Shown here: one piece after another, positions 17,193 through 27,094 of the stretch | How positions within the stretch are numbered: the stretch's first letter is position 1 | Layout: each line of letters starts with the position of its first letter | Source of the DNA: an uncultured bacterium | GTDB lineage: Bacteria > Margulisbacteria > CAYMKA01 | Direction of reading: 5' to 3' | DNA: 32,189 nt | Assembly: GCA_964390935.1 (NCBI GenBank) | Contig: CAYMKA010000002.1 | Span: 1 to 32,189 of the forward strand | The notes under the pieces: generated by a model | The model's input: only the letters and a program-made list of their open reading frames with translations | Told to the model about the DNA's origin: nothing | Database searches by the model: none | Program-made: the position numbers and the translations under genes

Positions 17193-18695
17193 TTATTTAA
17201 TTTCTTTAGTCTTATATTGCAGCGCTTCAGCCAAATGGGCACATTCAATTTTTTCACTGCCTTCTAAATCAGCAATCGTTCTAGAGACTTTAAGAAGACG
17301 GTCATAACCTCGGGCACTGAGGCCAAACTCGGAGAGTTCTTTTTCAAAGTAATTAACTGCTTCTGAACTTAAAATACAAAACTGCCTGACCTGTCTGGGA
17401 GTTAAACGATGATTTAAAGAGCCGCGTTTATTTTGAACTTCGCGGGCAGCTAAAACTCTTTGGCGAATGGTTTCAGAATTTTCGACCACAGGAGCTGTTG
17501 TTAATTCACTGCGTTTTAAAGGGGCAACTTCTACAAGCAAATCAATACGATCTAAAACCGGTCCTGATAATTTTTTTTGATAACGTTCAATTTCGAGTTT
17601 ATTACATAAACATTTTTTCTCGGGGTGACCAATGTATCCGCATGGACAAGGGTTCATCGCTCCAATCAAAATAAAATCTGCAGGAAATTCAAAAGTCGCA
17701 TTTGCTCTGGCAATCGTAATGGTCGCCGCTTCTAAAGGCTGTCTTAAAGTATCTAAAATTTTAGAGGGGAACTCGGCCATCTCATCTAAAAATAAAACTC
17801 CTCGATGAGCGAGTGTGATTTCTCCAGGTCTAGGAATGGTTCCTCCGCCCACCAAACTGGCTTGGCTGGCTTGATGATGGGGCGAGCGAAACGGCCTAGC
17901 TGTTTGAATTTGATTTTTTTTCAAAATTTGCCCGGCCACCGAATAAATACGGCTCACTTCAAACATTTCATCGTGACTGAGTGGCGGCAGTAAAGTTGCA
18001 AAGCGCGTTGCCATAAGCGTTTTGCCACAACCTGGAGTTCCCATCAGTAAAACATTGTGTCCACCTGCCGCGGCAATTTCTAAGGCTCGTTTGGCATAGC
18101 TTTGCCCTTTGATTTCTGAAAAATCGCCGTCAAAACTGGGCATCAAATTTTGATCAGTCTCCGGAACATAAGCCGGATGCTGTCCTTTTAAAACCATCAC
18201 TGCTTCCGATAAATTCTTAACTAAAAAAATATTGAGTCCAGGAATGGCAACTACTTCTCCGATATTAGCTTGAGGCAAAATAATATTTTTAAAGCCTAAC
18301 TTCTGGGCGCTGGCCATCATGGCGAATACTCCTCTGACCGACTTTACTTTGCCTTCTAAGTTAAGTTCTCCAATGATGAGTGTTTCTTCTATATTAAGAG
18401 TCGCTTCTAAAAGTCTAAGGCTCATCAGACTGGCAATGGCAATTGGCAAATCAAAAACGGGACCTTCTTTTTTTAAATCGGCTGGCGCTAAATTAATAGT
18501 GAGTCGTTTATCCGGTAAAAAGTTAAATCCGGCATTTTTAATGGCCGATAAAATGCGCTGCTTACTTTCTTTCACTGCCGCATCAGGCAAACCCAAAATA
18601 ATATGTTGGGGAATTCCCAGCCTGGCTTCGACTTCGATTTCAATCGAGATGGTTTCAAGACCCACCAATGCCGCACTATAAACTTTTGATAACAT
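17193..18695 (-). CDS. comM: Mg-chelatase-like AAA+ protein YifB/ComM
   Basis: MLSKVYSAALVGLE is the N-terminus typical of the ComM/YifB family. It also has Walker A GTPGCGKT, VLFLDEM (Walker B) and a C-terminal Mg-chelatase domain. The upstream ATG at 18752 would overlap trmB and adds non-homologous residues. Confidence 0.88.
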   Translation of the reverse strand: MLSKVYSAALVGLETISIEIEVEARLGIPQHIILGLPDAAVKESKQRILSAIKNAGFNFLPDKRLTINLAPADLKKEGPVFDLPIAIASLMSLRLLEATLNIEETLIIGELNLEGKVKSVRGVFAMMASAQKLGFKNIILPQANIGEVVAIPGLNIFLVKNLSEAVMVLKGQHPAYVPETDQNLMPSFDGDFSEIKGQSYAKRALEIAAAGGHNVLLMGTPGCGKTLMATRFATLLPPLSHDEMFEVSRIYSVAGQILKKNQIQTARPFRSPHHQASQASLVGGGTIPRPGEITLAHRGVLFLDEMAEFPSKILDTLRQPLEAATITIARANATFEFPADFILIGAMNPCPCGYIGHPEKKCLCNKLEIERYQKKLSGPVLDRIDLLVEVAPLKRSELTTAPVVENSETIRQRVLAAREVQNKRGSLNHRLTPRQVRQFCILSSEAVNYFEKELSEFGLSARGYDRLLKVSRTIADLEGSEKIECAHLAEALQYKTKEIK

Positions 18696-18740
18696 GAAAA
18701 AAGAATATGCAAAATTAATGCCAAACTCGATAATCAGCCG

Positions 18741-19370
18741 ATGCGAGTCCACCGCTTAGTAAATCCGTTCTCTATTTTTAAGCCTACCCCTGAACCGGTC
18801 TGGTCTGAAATATTTTCTAACCTAGAATTACCCATAGAACTTGAAATTGGCACCGGACAAGGAAACTTTTTTTTAGAAAAAGCTAAAGCACGGCCCCAGT
18901 TTAATCATTTGGGATTTGAAATTCGTTATAAGTTAGTCCCACATGTCAACGAAATGGCAAAAAAAAGTCATTTAACTAACGCTCATATCCTTTTTGGTAA
19001 CGCCTGGCTGTGCCGTGAAACTGTTTTTAAAAACCAAAAAGTGGCTAATATTTATATTTTTTTTCCTGACCCCTGGGAAAAAGACAAACATCAAAAAAGA
19101 AGATTAATTCAAACCAACTTTATTCAAGTTTTATTCGACATTTTAAAACCCGGGGGTAAAATTTATGTTCAAACCGATGTCCTCGAATTAGCACAAGAAA
19201 TTAGAGGCCACTTTGAACTAAACCCACTCTTTCAAGCCCAACAAAAAGACTATTACCCTGAAGAACCTTGGCGCATCGAGTTTGGGGCCCTTATGAGTAA
19301 CCGCGAAAAAGAGGCCTATCAAAACAACCTACCTATATATAGGCTGGTTTATCAAAAGCCCGTGGTATAA
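18741..19370 (+). CDS. trmB: tRNA (guanine-N7)-methyltransferase
   Basis: ELEIGTGQGNFFLEKA (SAM motif) and IFFPDPWEKDKHQKRRL (the hallmark FPDPW.K..H.KRR of TrmB). Confidence 0.9.
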   Translation: MRVHRLVNPFSIFKPTPEPVWSEIFSNLELPIELEIGTGQGNFFLEKAKARPQFNHLGFEIRYKLVPHVNEMAKKSHLTNAHILFGNAWLCRETVFKNQKVANIYIFFPDPWEKDKHQKRRLIQTNFIQVLFDILKPGGKIYVQTDVLELAQEIRGHFELNPLFQAQQKDYYPEEPWRIEFGALMSNREKEAYQNNLPIYRLVYQKPVV

Positions 19371-19387
19371 TTTCGACAGCGTTTTTT

Positions 19388-20764
19388 ATGAAAAAAACTA
19401 AAAATGACTGGTTATTTCGGCAATATTCTTTAATTTTCCTTTCTTCCCATGGTCTTGGAAAAAAGCATAAATTTTTAATTACCGAGAATCACTTAAGAAA
19501 CTTACTTTGTGCATTTTTAATGATTTCAATATTTTCAGTAGGCTCGCTGCTCGTCAGTGGAAAATTAACCAAAGAACTTTCTTATTACCAAAAAGTGATC
19601 TCTTTAAATAACGATCAGAAACGAACCATCTATTCTCTCCTTCAAGAAAATAAACAATTGCAGGCTACGGCTGAACTGTTAAGAAACCAAGATTCTAGAC
19701 TTAGAAAAAAACTGTTTTTGGTTGAAAAAAACAACAAAGAAGTTCCTCGCCACGCCCCTCAAATTAAATTGACCACTCAAGATAATTTAAAGGGCCAGCT
19801 GGCCGAAGTTTATATTAACGGCGTAAGCGTATTTTCTTTTTTTGATAACAGCTTTAACCCTAATGCCATTAAGCGTGCGCAGTCTTTAGAGCAAAATATT
19901 TTTAAACTTTATCAAGATCAATCGCCTTTCACTCGTCTGACTTATCGTAATGATTCTCAAAATATTTATCGTGTGTTTTATGGCAAAGATGAAGTGTTTG
20001 CGGTAACACCCGAAGATGCCAGCTACTATGGCATGACGCCTCGTAAACTCGCTGGAAAATGGATTAATGATTTATCAAAAGTTTTAGGACTTGAGACTGA
20101 ACCTATTTTTATTTCACAAATGAAATCATTTTTTGATCGAGTGAAAACCAAAGATTTAAACTCGCCGCTTTTTACCAAAATTGAATTTGTCGAACCGCGC
20201 AAAGTAGGTGAAGAACTCACTCTTGAGCCTCAAGTTCATAAAGTTGATCAACTCGTTAGTTTTTTAACGGAAGAATTAACCAAACGCAAAGACAGCTATA
20301 ACTCGCTGCGCAATGTTATTAAAGAATATAAAGCGCGTTTTGCTCAGACCCCTTCAATTAAACCTGTTTCAACCGTTGTGATTTCAAACTTTGGCCGCAG
20401 ACGACACCCGATCACAGGCCTGATTAAATTTCATACCGGTATTGATTTGCCGGCCCCCATGGGAGCTCCGGTTCGCGCCACTGCAGACGGGGAAGTCGTG
20501 AGACTGGGATGGCTCGGCGGTTATGGTTTAGCGGTTGAGATTTATCACGGTTATGGCATTTCAACTCTCTACGCTCACAACTCAGCATTTGCTGTTTCAA
20601 ACATTGGTCAAAAAGTTAAAAAAGGTCAGATCATTTCTTATGTCGGCAGAACAGGATTATCTTTAGGGCCTCACTCTCATTACGAAGTGCGTGTTTGGAA
20701 TTACCCTCAAAATCCAGTGAACTATTTAGATTTAGATATTTTTACTGCTAGCCGTAATTGGTAA
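19388..20764 (+). CDS. M23/LytM-family metallopeptidase with an N-terminal membrane anchor and coiled coil
   Basis: HTGIDLPAPMGAPVRATADGEVV and GPHSHYEV (the HxxxD and HxH zinc motifs of M23). There is an N-terminal TM helix (LLCAFLMISIFSVGSLLV). Confidence 0.88.
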   Translation: MKKTKNDWLFRQYSLIFLSSHGLGKKHKFLITENHLRNLLCAFLMISIFSVGSLLVSGKLTKELSYYQKVISLNNDQKRTIYSLLQENKQLQATAELLRNQDSRLRKKLFLVEKNNKEVPRHAPQIKLTTQDNLKGQLAEVYINGVSVFSFFDNSFNPNAIKRAQSLEQNIFKLYQDQSPFTRLTYRNDSQNIYRVFYGKDEVFAVTPEDASYYGMTPRKLAGKWINDLSKVLGLETEPIFISQMKSFFDRVKTKDLNSPLFTKIEFVEPRKVGEELTLEPQVHKVDQLVSFLTEELTKRKDSYNSLRNVIKEYKARFAQTPSIKPVSTVVISNFGRRRHPITGLIKFHTGIDLPAPMGAPVRATADGEVVRLGWLGGYGLAVEIYHGYGISTLYAHNSAFAVSNIGQKVKKGQIISYVGRTGLSLGPHSHYEVRVWNYPQNPVNYLDLDIFTASRNW

Positions 20765-21945
20765 AACTAAAAGCTTTTTATTTTTTAGCGTTCGCTTTTT
20801 TTCTTTTTTCAAATTCTGTTTTCGCAACTGAGCCTTATAGCGGACTGCCTCAGGAACTACGGGATCAAAACTCTTTTTATTTAAAAGAAGTTTTTCGAAT
20901 TTCTTTAGAAAATAAAGTGAATGGAAAAATTAGTATTTCTAAAAATTCTGGCAAAGATTGGAAAGAAATTGGCACCGTCCTTCAGGCAGTGAATAAAACT
21001 AATTCGGCTGGTTTTACAGCCTCAGGCTGGGCTGAAATTTCTAAAGTGTGTGCCACGGCTGTTAATGCCATCCATATTAAAACCGACCAAGATTTAAAAA
21101 CTCAAAAAGGGGTGGTCTTTAGCATTTTGCCCAAAGAATTTAAAAAAACAGCGCAAGATCAATTTCAATCTTATTTAAATCCAGAAAGTTCTCTTATTAC
21201 CAACTTGCCTGCCGGTTCTGAAATTTTTGGCGGAGGTTATTCGCCTTGGGTTGGCAATTTAGTTTATGTTGAAAAAAATAACGAGTTGGAGCTCATCCCG
21301 CAGGGTTATGTGCCCAGTCTTGAAGATAAAATAGTCATTATTGCCTCACGTCCTGATCCTTATCCATCTGAAATTATTTTTGAAAATCGATTAGGGGGGA
21401 AAATTTATTTAAAATATTTAAACGGCAAAACTCAAATCATTGGCCAGGTTTTAAAACCCGTTTTAGGAATCGGTCGTTTTTTAGGAACCCAATTTGCCGG
21501 CATCGGCAGAGTTCGAGCCAATCATAGTGGCGTGATTGATATTTCAACGGCTAAACCCGGCATGGTAGGTGGATTTCAAATTATTCCCAGTAAACACGGG
21601 CACAGTCCTGAATTAAAAAAAGCTCTAACTCAAACTCAGTGGATGATCGTAGCGCCTGCGGACAGCAATTCTCCCAGCACAGAAGGGATTGCTCCCCTAT
21701 TTTCAAATTTTATTATGCCCAGTTACTTTGACAAAGATTTGAGCAGTTCGCCCAATTGGAAAAACAATTTAGCTTCGCGAACACTTGTGCAAGTAAAAAA
21801 ATTAAATGGCGAATGGGAGCCCATGCCTGAAATGAGTTTGGATCCTAATGAACCGCTCCCGGACAGTGCTGGCACAGCACTGAGCGATTTCACTTCGATT
21901 AGAATTTTACTGCCGCTTTTGGAAATAACAGAAAATCCTTCATAA
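20758..21945 (+). CDS. Secreted hypothetical protein (395 aa)
   Basis: TTG start overlapping the M23 gene stop (TTGGTAA). It has a clear signal peptide (KAFYFLAFAFFLFSNSVFA/TE). I recognise no domain. Confidence 0.6.
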   Translation: MVKLKAFYFLAFAFFLFSNSVFATEPYSGLPQELRDQNSFYLKEVFRISLENKVNGKISISKNSGKDWKEIGTVLQAVNKTNSAGFTASGWAEISKVCATAVNAIHIKTDQDLKTQKGVVFSILPKEFKKTAQDQFQSYLNPESSLITNLPAGSEIFGGGYSPWVGNLVYVEKNNELELIPQGYVPSLEDKIVIIASRPDPYPSEIIFENRLGGKIYLKYLNGKTQIIGQVLKPVLGIGRFLGTQFAGIGRVRANHSGVIDISTAKPGMVGGFQIIPSKHGHSPELKKALTQTQWMIVAPADSNSPSTEGIAPLFSNFIMPSYFDKDLSSSPNWKNNLASRTLVQVKKLNGEWEPMPEMSLDPNEPLPDSAGTALSDFTSIRILLPLLEITENPS

Positions 21946-21954
21946 TTAGATCTC

Positions 21955-23325
21955 ATGAAAATTAATTTACAAATGCAGCCGCGGCTGACGCTCTCGCAAA
22001 CGCTGACGCAAATTTTATCTCCCAAAACTTTGCAGCTGCTCAAAACAATTAATTTACCTTACCAAGAGCTGCTTGAAAAAATTGATCAAGAAAAAAATGA
22101 AAACCCGGTTCTTGAAGTCACTAAAAATGATGAATTAATGGAGTATGCCAAAGCGCTGAGTGCAACGATGCCGCTCTCTGGCAAAAAAGAATATAACCCT
22201 GATGATCCGTTAATGGATTTTCGCAGCAGCGAGATGACTCTTTTTGAACATTTGATGTCGCAATTACGTTTAGTGAATTTAAGTCCGCTAGAATATGAGA
22301 TCGGTGAGAAATTATTAGAAGCCATAGACGACCGTGGTTTTATTATTGGCTATCCCGAACTCAGACAAGAACTGATGGACAAACATCAAGTCAAAAGAAC
22401 TTACATTGATGCCTTACTTGAAATCATTCAAAGCTTTGAGCCGGACGGAGTCGGTGCCCGCAACGTTAAAGAATGTCTGATCATTCAAATTAATGAGTAT
22501 AACTTTGACAGTAAAGAACTTCAGGATGTGATCTACAAGGCCGTTAAATATCATTTTGAAGATTTAACGAAGAAAAAATTTGAACCTATTGCACAAGAAC
22601 TAGGAATTCCTGTCGAAGGCGTACAGCGCATTGCTGATTTTATTGAAAAAAATCTAAATCCTAATCCAGGCTCTGCTTTCACACGCAGCCATAGTCCTGA
22701 AATTGTAATTCCCTCATTTACTGTTTTTAAAACTGAGTCCGGACAATATAAAGGTATTAATCTGGAAGAAAAAAAGGGACCGCAACTCCGTATTAATGAG
22801 CAATATTTAAAAATGTTGGACGATCCCGGCGTGGATGCTGAAACCAAAAATTATGTTAAACAAAAACTAGAGGCGGCTAAAGATTTAATTTATAACCTGG
22901 AGCGTCGTATTGAGACAATTAATAAAATTTTAAACACGATTGTGGAGACTCAACAGGAATTTTTTGAACTGGGTTCTTTTTGGTTAAAACCCCTGCAACA
23001 AAGCACCTTGTCTGAAATGGTCGGGATTCATCCTTCGACGATTAGCAGAACTTGTTCGAGTAAATATATTCAAACCCCCAAAGGATTTTTTCCGCTCAAA
23101 TATTTATGTCCGCGCAATGTGCACGGTTATTCGCCTTACCAACTTAAAGCGATTATTAAAAGAATGGTCACAGAACACAAAGATTTGTCAGACCAAAAAT
23201 TAGCCAATTTGTTAGCAGAACGGGGCATTAATATAAAACGCAGAACCGTCACCAAATATCGCCACGAAGTCGGCGAAAAAAGTTCGTTCGAGAGAAAAAA
23301 GAATCCTAACCCAGCTTCAAACTAG
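21955..23325 (+). CDS. rpoN: RNA polymerase sigma-54 factor
   Basis: Gln/Leu-rich region I (MQPRLTLSQTLTQILSPKTLQLLKTINLPYQEL), an HTH (STLSEMVGIHPSTISR) and an RpoN box (RRTVTKYR). Confidence 0.93.
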   Translation: MKINLQMQPRLTLSQTLTQILSPKTLQLLKTINLPYQELLEKIDQEKNENPVLEVTKNDELMEYAKALSATMPLSGKKEYNPDDPLMDFRSSEMTLFEHLMSQLRLVNLSPLEYEIGEKLLEAIDDRGFIIGYPELRQELMDKHQVKRTYIDALLEIIQSFEPDGVGARNVKECLIIQINEYNFDSKELQDVIYKAVKYHFEDLTKKKFEPIAQELGIPVEGVQRIADFIEKNLNPNPGSAFTRSHSPEIVIPSFTVFKTESGQYKGINLEEKKGPQLRINEQYLKMLDDPGVDAETKNYVKQKLEAAKDLIYNLERRIETINKILNTIVETQQEFFELGSFWLKPLQQSTLSEMVGIHPSTISRTCSSKYIQTPKGFFPLKYLCPRNVHGYSPYQLKAIIKRMVTEHKDLSDQKLANLLAERGINIKRRTVTKYRHEVGEKSSFERKKNPNPASN

Positions 23326-24280
23326 GTTGAGCTGAAAAATCTAAGGGCGAAAAGTTTTTTTCATCTTTAGATTTGTAATAGGCCGCCACTCCAATCATTG
23401 ATGCGTTATCAGTGCAGTATTTCATGGGCGGAACATACACTTCGATATTATTTTGTTTAGCACGAGTGGTTAATTCAGTTCGCAAATACTGATTGGCCGA
23501 AACGCCACCTGCCACAAACAAATATTTTACCTTGCTTGTTAAGCAAGCTTCGATGGCTTTGTTTATCACTTGATCAAAAGCTGCTTTTTGAAACGAAGCC
23601 GCGATATCTGCCTTAGAAATTCCTGGATCTTTTTTAATCATCTGCAAAACAGCTGTTTTTAATCCCGAATAAGAGAAGTCAAATTGAGGCATTTGCACTT
23701 TAGGAAAATTTATTTTTTGAGAATCTCCGTTTTGAGCCAGTTTTTCAATCGCCGGTCCTCCCGGATAACCAAGGCCCAACATTCGCGCGGCTTTATCAAA
23801 TGCTTCTCCCACGGCATCATCTTTTGTTTTACCAATGAGTTCGTACTGGCTATGACCTTTCATTAAATAAAGATGGGTATGGCCTCCTGAAACAATTAAA
23901 ACCATCGCCGGAAATACAGGATCCTTTTCAATAAAGTTTGAATAAATATGGCCCTCCAAATGATTTACTTTAATGAGCGGCTTTTGCAACAAAAATGCCA
24001 GCGACTTGGCCATCATCTGTCCCAGCATGAGGCTGCCATGAAGACCCGGCCCTTCAGTCACCGCGATCGCATCAATTTGTTTCTCTTTTAGTGACATTTT
24101 TTGGAGTATCAACGGCAGCCACACTTCGTGGACACGGGCAGCAACCTCAGGCACCACCCCGCCATAAAGTTCATGCTCTTTAATTTGAGTCGAAGTAAAA
24201 GTTTCCACTATTTCTTTGCCGTTTTTAACCAGCGCAAGAGAAGTGTCATCACAAGAGGTTTCAATGGCCAAAATAAGCAT
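23306..24280 (-). CDS. tsaD: tRNA N6-adenosine threonylcarbamoyltransferase
   Basis: ILAIETSCDDTS, HLEGHI, VSGGHT and GGVSAN are Kae1/TsaD family motifs. The 3' end overlaps the rpoN 3' end by 20 nt (convergent). Confidence 0.92.
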   Translation of the reverse strand: MLILAIETSCDDTSLALVKNGKEIVETFTSTQIKEHELYGGVVPEVAARVHEVWLPLILQKMSLKEKQIDAIAVTEGPGLHGSLMLGQMMAKSLAFLLQKPLIKVNHLEGHIYSNFIEKDPVFPAMVLIVSGGHTHLYLMKGHSQYELIGKTKDDAVGEAFDKAARMLGLGYPGGPAIEKLAQNGDSQKINFPKVQMPQFDFSYSGLKTAVLQMIKKDPGISKADIAASFQKAAFDQVINKAIEACLTSKVKYLFVAGGVSANQYLRTELTTRAKQNNIEVYVPPMKYCTDNASMIGVAAYYKSKDEKNFSPLDFSAQPSLKLG

Positions 24281-24326
24281 GACGATAATTATGCAACAAA
24301 TTTACAGGATCTACGATAAATATTAG

Positions 24327-24815
24327 ATGTGGCTGCATTTGAAAATTGTATCCGAATTACCTGCTGCTCCCGGTAAAGAAGGGCGCATCCGATCAAAAAA
24401 CATTTCACTTAAAGATTTAAAAGCTGAAAAAGTTTACTTTGCTCAAAATGGTTTTCCCACCACACTTATCCATTTTTCTTTTCATCCGTGTATATTGAAA
24501 GAACTTAAAAATAATTTTTTCCGTGAAGAATTTCAAAAATTAATTAATATCGTTAATCGTAGTGGTTATGAAGGTAGTGACCATAAGAATAAAAAGGGCA
24601 TTGTTTTAATGAAAAATTCATCTGCAGATACAGATGATCTTCTCAAATATAAGATGAAAGCACCTGGAAATAATCTTGAAATTTATGGTTTTTTCGAACC
24701 TGTTTTAAAGAGGGTTATTTTTGAAGATTTTTATTTGAGAGATAAAAAAGCAGAAACCCCTAATAAAAAGCTACACTATCGCATCATGCGTCACATCAAC
24801 AGACAATCATTTTAA
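24327..24815 (+). CDS. Hypothetical protein (162 aa), no recognisable domain
   Basis: Long ORF in an AT-rich stretch between tsaD and the RNase III-like gene. It is Lys-rich with no signal peptide. Coding status rests on ORF length only. Confidence 0.4.
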   Translation: MWLHLKIVSELPAAPGKEGRIRSKNISLKDLKAEKVYFAQNGFPTTLIHFSFHPCILKELKNNFFREEFQKLINIVNRSGYEGSDHKNKKGIVLMKNSSADTDDLLKYKMKAPGNNLEIYGFFEPVLKRVIFEDFYLRDKKAETPNKKLHYRIMRHINRQSF

Positions 24816-24819
24816 TATA

Positions 24820-25728
24820 TTAATGGGCTGTCCCCATTGAAGATAAAGTATCGTTCATTAATTCATTCACCCGATCACTTGCAATTAACGGTTCTCCACG
24901 GTAATTTTTTAAAATATGGACCACATCCTGTCGCCGGGCATATAGTTTTTCCCAAACGTATTGAAAACCAAAGCGATATACCTTTTCAATTTGGGAAGCA
25001 TAACCATTCACTTTACGAATAATGACTGGCTCTATTTTTAAAATAAAATATTTACTGATTTTATCTGCATCCCAATAATCGACGGTGCCATCATTTCTCT
25101 GAAAAAAAAGTGGTTTTTCTTCAACGCTACGAAGCAGAAGTTTAAGAACCTGATTGTAATTTATACTCGCTTTGTCATTTTTCTTTGAAGCAAAATAATC
25201 ATCAACGCTGTTTCTTATCGTTTTAGGATTTTTATAAAACAATTTATCTGAACTAATAAAAAAATGAAGAGCACGTTGATAGCCTAATTTTAAAAAAATA
25301 ACCCCAATGATTGCTTCAAAAACATCTGCTAATCCCTTTTTAGAACGTTTGATATACCCACGACGATCTATTTGAAAAATCCAATCTGTCAGACCCATTT
25401 TAATCGCTATTTGTTTTAGACGGTCATTGGTTTTAAACGCTTCGATAGTGTCCCTATTGGACGGAAACCCATGGTATTGATTTGCAAATTTTAAATGATC
25501 GACTATCAGCTCCAGAACCCTGTCACCTAAAGAATCCATAAATACGTTTCGAGAATAAATTGTGAACGTCCCGGCCAAACTTTCTTCATCAATTAAATCT
25601 GAGGGAAGATAACGTTCTTTAAATTCTATTACGGGTTTAACAGTGACTGGCATGGCATTTCTCAAGGCTGTAAAAGAATCGTATGACAACATCTGGGGAT
25701 GTTGAATCATTTTAGATAATAAAATCAT
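24820..25728 (-). CDS. Divergent RNase III-domain protein with unusual N- and C-terminal extensions
   Basis: NVFMDSLGDRVLELIV aligns to the RNase III signature NERLEFLGDSIL (E38 to V, E41 to D, D45 kept). KGLADVFEAIIGVIFL aligns to ILADTVEALIGGVFL (D114 and E117 kept). The roughly 140-aa C-terminal part is not a clear dsRBD. The start could instead be an internal Met (25710). Confidence 0.6.
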   Translation of the reverse strand: MILLSKMIQHPQMLSYDSFTALRNAMPVTVKPVIEFKERYLPSDLIDEESLAGTFTIYSRNVFMDSLGDRVLELIVDHLKFANQYHGFPSNRDTIEAFKTNDRLKQIAIKMGLTDWIFQIDRRGYIKRSKKGLADVFEAIIGVIFLKLGYQRALHFFISSDKLFYKNPKTIRNSVDDYFASKKNDKASINYNQVLKLLLRSVEEKPLFFQRNDGTVDYWDADKISKYFILKIEPVIIRKVNGYASQIEKVYRFGFQYVWEKLYARRQDVVHILKNYRGEPLIASDRVNELMNDTLSSMGTAH

Positions 25729-25824
25729 GGTGATAGTTATCGTGATACCAAAAAATTTATTTCACTATTTTTATATGCTATTACGCTCTTAATTTACAGA
25801 AAAACCCTCAATGATTAAGATGAC

Positions 25825-27093
25825 GTGATGAGTGAACTACTTTTACTTTTTCCATTTGTGCTTCTGCTAACCCTCATTGCCGTCATGCCTTTTATCAACA
25901 AGCATTTTTGGGAAAAATATTATGCCCATACTTCCATCAGCTTAGGATTAATGGTCATTGCCTATTACGCCGTTGGCCTAAAAGATTTTCATGTTTTATC
26001 TCATACAGGGCTTGAATATCTTAGTTTTATCTTTTTAATTGGTTCTCTATTTATTGTGGCGGGAGGAATACATATCGATGTCAAAGGACTTGCCACCCCT
26101 AAAGAAAATATTTTTCTTTTAAGTATCGGGGCCATTCTTACCAATTTGATTGGGACCACTGGGGCTTCTATGCTACTCATTCGGCCTTTTATCCGGATGA
26201 ACAAAAACCGTATTAAACCCTTTCACATTGTTTTTTTTATTTTTATTGTCAGTAATTTAGGAGGTTCTTTGACTCCCATCGGCGACCCTCCGCTCTTTTT
26301 AGGATTTTTAAAAGGCATTCCATTTTTTTGGGTGTTTGAACATATTTGGGTCATCTGGGTCATTGCCATGATTTATTTATTAAGTTTTTTTTATTTTTTT
26401 GATTCGAGCAGTTTTCGTAAGCTTTCAAAAAAAGCTCAGGCCCGCATTAAAACCCCAGAACGAATTCATGTAACAGGCAAAAGAAATTTTTTATTGATTG
26501 GACTTATTTTAGTCGCAGTTTTTATTCCCAAACCCGTTTTTTTAAGAGAGTTACTGATGCTTCTTGCGGCCAGTCTTTCCTTAAAACTAACACCTAAAAT
26601 CATTCACAAACAAAATGAATTTAATTTTCATCCTATTCAAGAAGTCGCTTTTTTGTTTTTCGGAATTTTTGCCACAATGATTCCAGCATTAGAATACTTA
26701 AGTCACCATGCTCAACATTTGGGGATTAATAGTTATGGCCAATTTTATTGGGCTACCGGAATTTTATCTGCTGTTTTGGATAACGCTCCCACCTATTTAA
26801 GCTTTCTCACGACTGCCTTTGCTTTAAATGGTTTATCGATCGATCAATTTTCTGATGTCGCCTTAATGCTTTCTGATCCCGTCCGTAATCACTTTGTGAC
26901 TGGTGTCTCAGTCGCTGCTGTTTTTTTTGGAGCCATGACCTATATTGGAAATGGGCCAAATTTTATGGTTAAGGCAATTGCGGAGCACTCTAAAGTCAAA
27001 ACCCCTAGTTTTTTTGGTTATATTTTTAGATATGCCCTGCCTATTCTTTTGCCGCTTTTAATCTTTGTCTGGTTTATATTTTTTAGAGGCTAA
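25825..27093 (+). CDS. Ion transporter of the ArsB/NhaD (citrate-transporter-like) permease superfamily
   Basis: 422 aa and highly hydrophobic with 10 or more TM helices. Motifs GGSLTPIGDPP and VLDNAPTYL are typical of NhaD/ArsB-like permeases. The start is GTG 25825 or the adjacent ATG 25828. Confidence 0.65.
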   Translation: MMSELLLLFPFVLLLTLIAVMPFINKHFWEKYYAHTSISLGLMVIAYYAVGLKDFHVLSHTGLEYLSFIFLIGSLFIVAGGIHIDVKGLATPKENIFLLSIGAILTNLIGTTGASMLLIRPFIRMNKNRIKPFHIVFFIFIVSNLGGSLTPIGDPPLFLGFLKGIPFFWVFEHIWVIWVIAMIYLLSFFYFFDSSSFRKLSKKAQARIKTPERIHVTGKRNFLLIGLILVAVFIPKPVFLRELLMLLAASLSLKLTPKIIHKQNEFNFHPIQEVAFLFFGIFATMIPALEYLSHHAQHLGINSYGQFYWATGILSAVLDNAPTYLSFLTTAFALNGLSIDQFSDVALMLSDPVRNHFVTGVSVAAVFFGAMTYIGNGPNFMVKAIAEHSKVKTPSFFGYIFRYALPILLPLLIFVWFIFFRG

Positions 27094-27094
27094 T

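Noticed and set aside
17914-17921. Homopolymeric A8/T8 tracts in coding regions (e.g. here, and around 3107, 9588, 13907, 14060 and 15578) as phase-variation switches
   Set aside because: Runs of 8 A/T are expected at this AT content, and they encode Lys/Phe stretches in otherwise intact frames. No frameshift is associated with any of them.
18319-18681. 120-aa plus-strand ORF inside comM
   Set aside because: It is antisense to a well-supported AAA+ gene, and its Ser/Leu/Ala-rich composition is typical of reverse-frame artefacts.
21723-22043. 106-aa minus-strand ORF across the secreted-protein/rpoN junction, plus 22086-22325 and 22551-22847 inside rpoN
   Set aside because: All are antisense to supported genes and are Ser-rich with no motifs. 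They are shadow ORFs.
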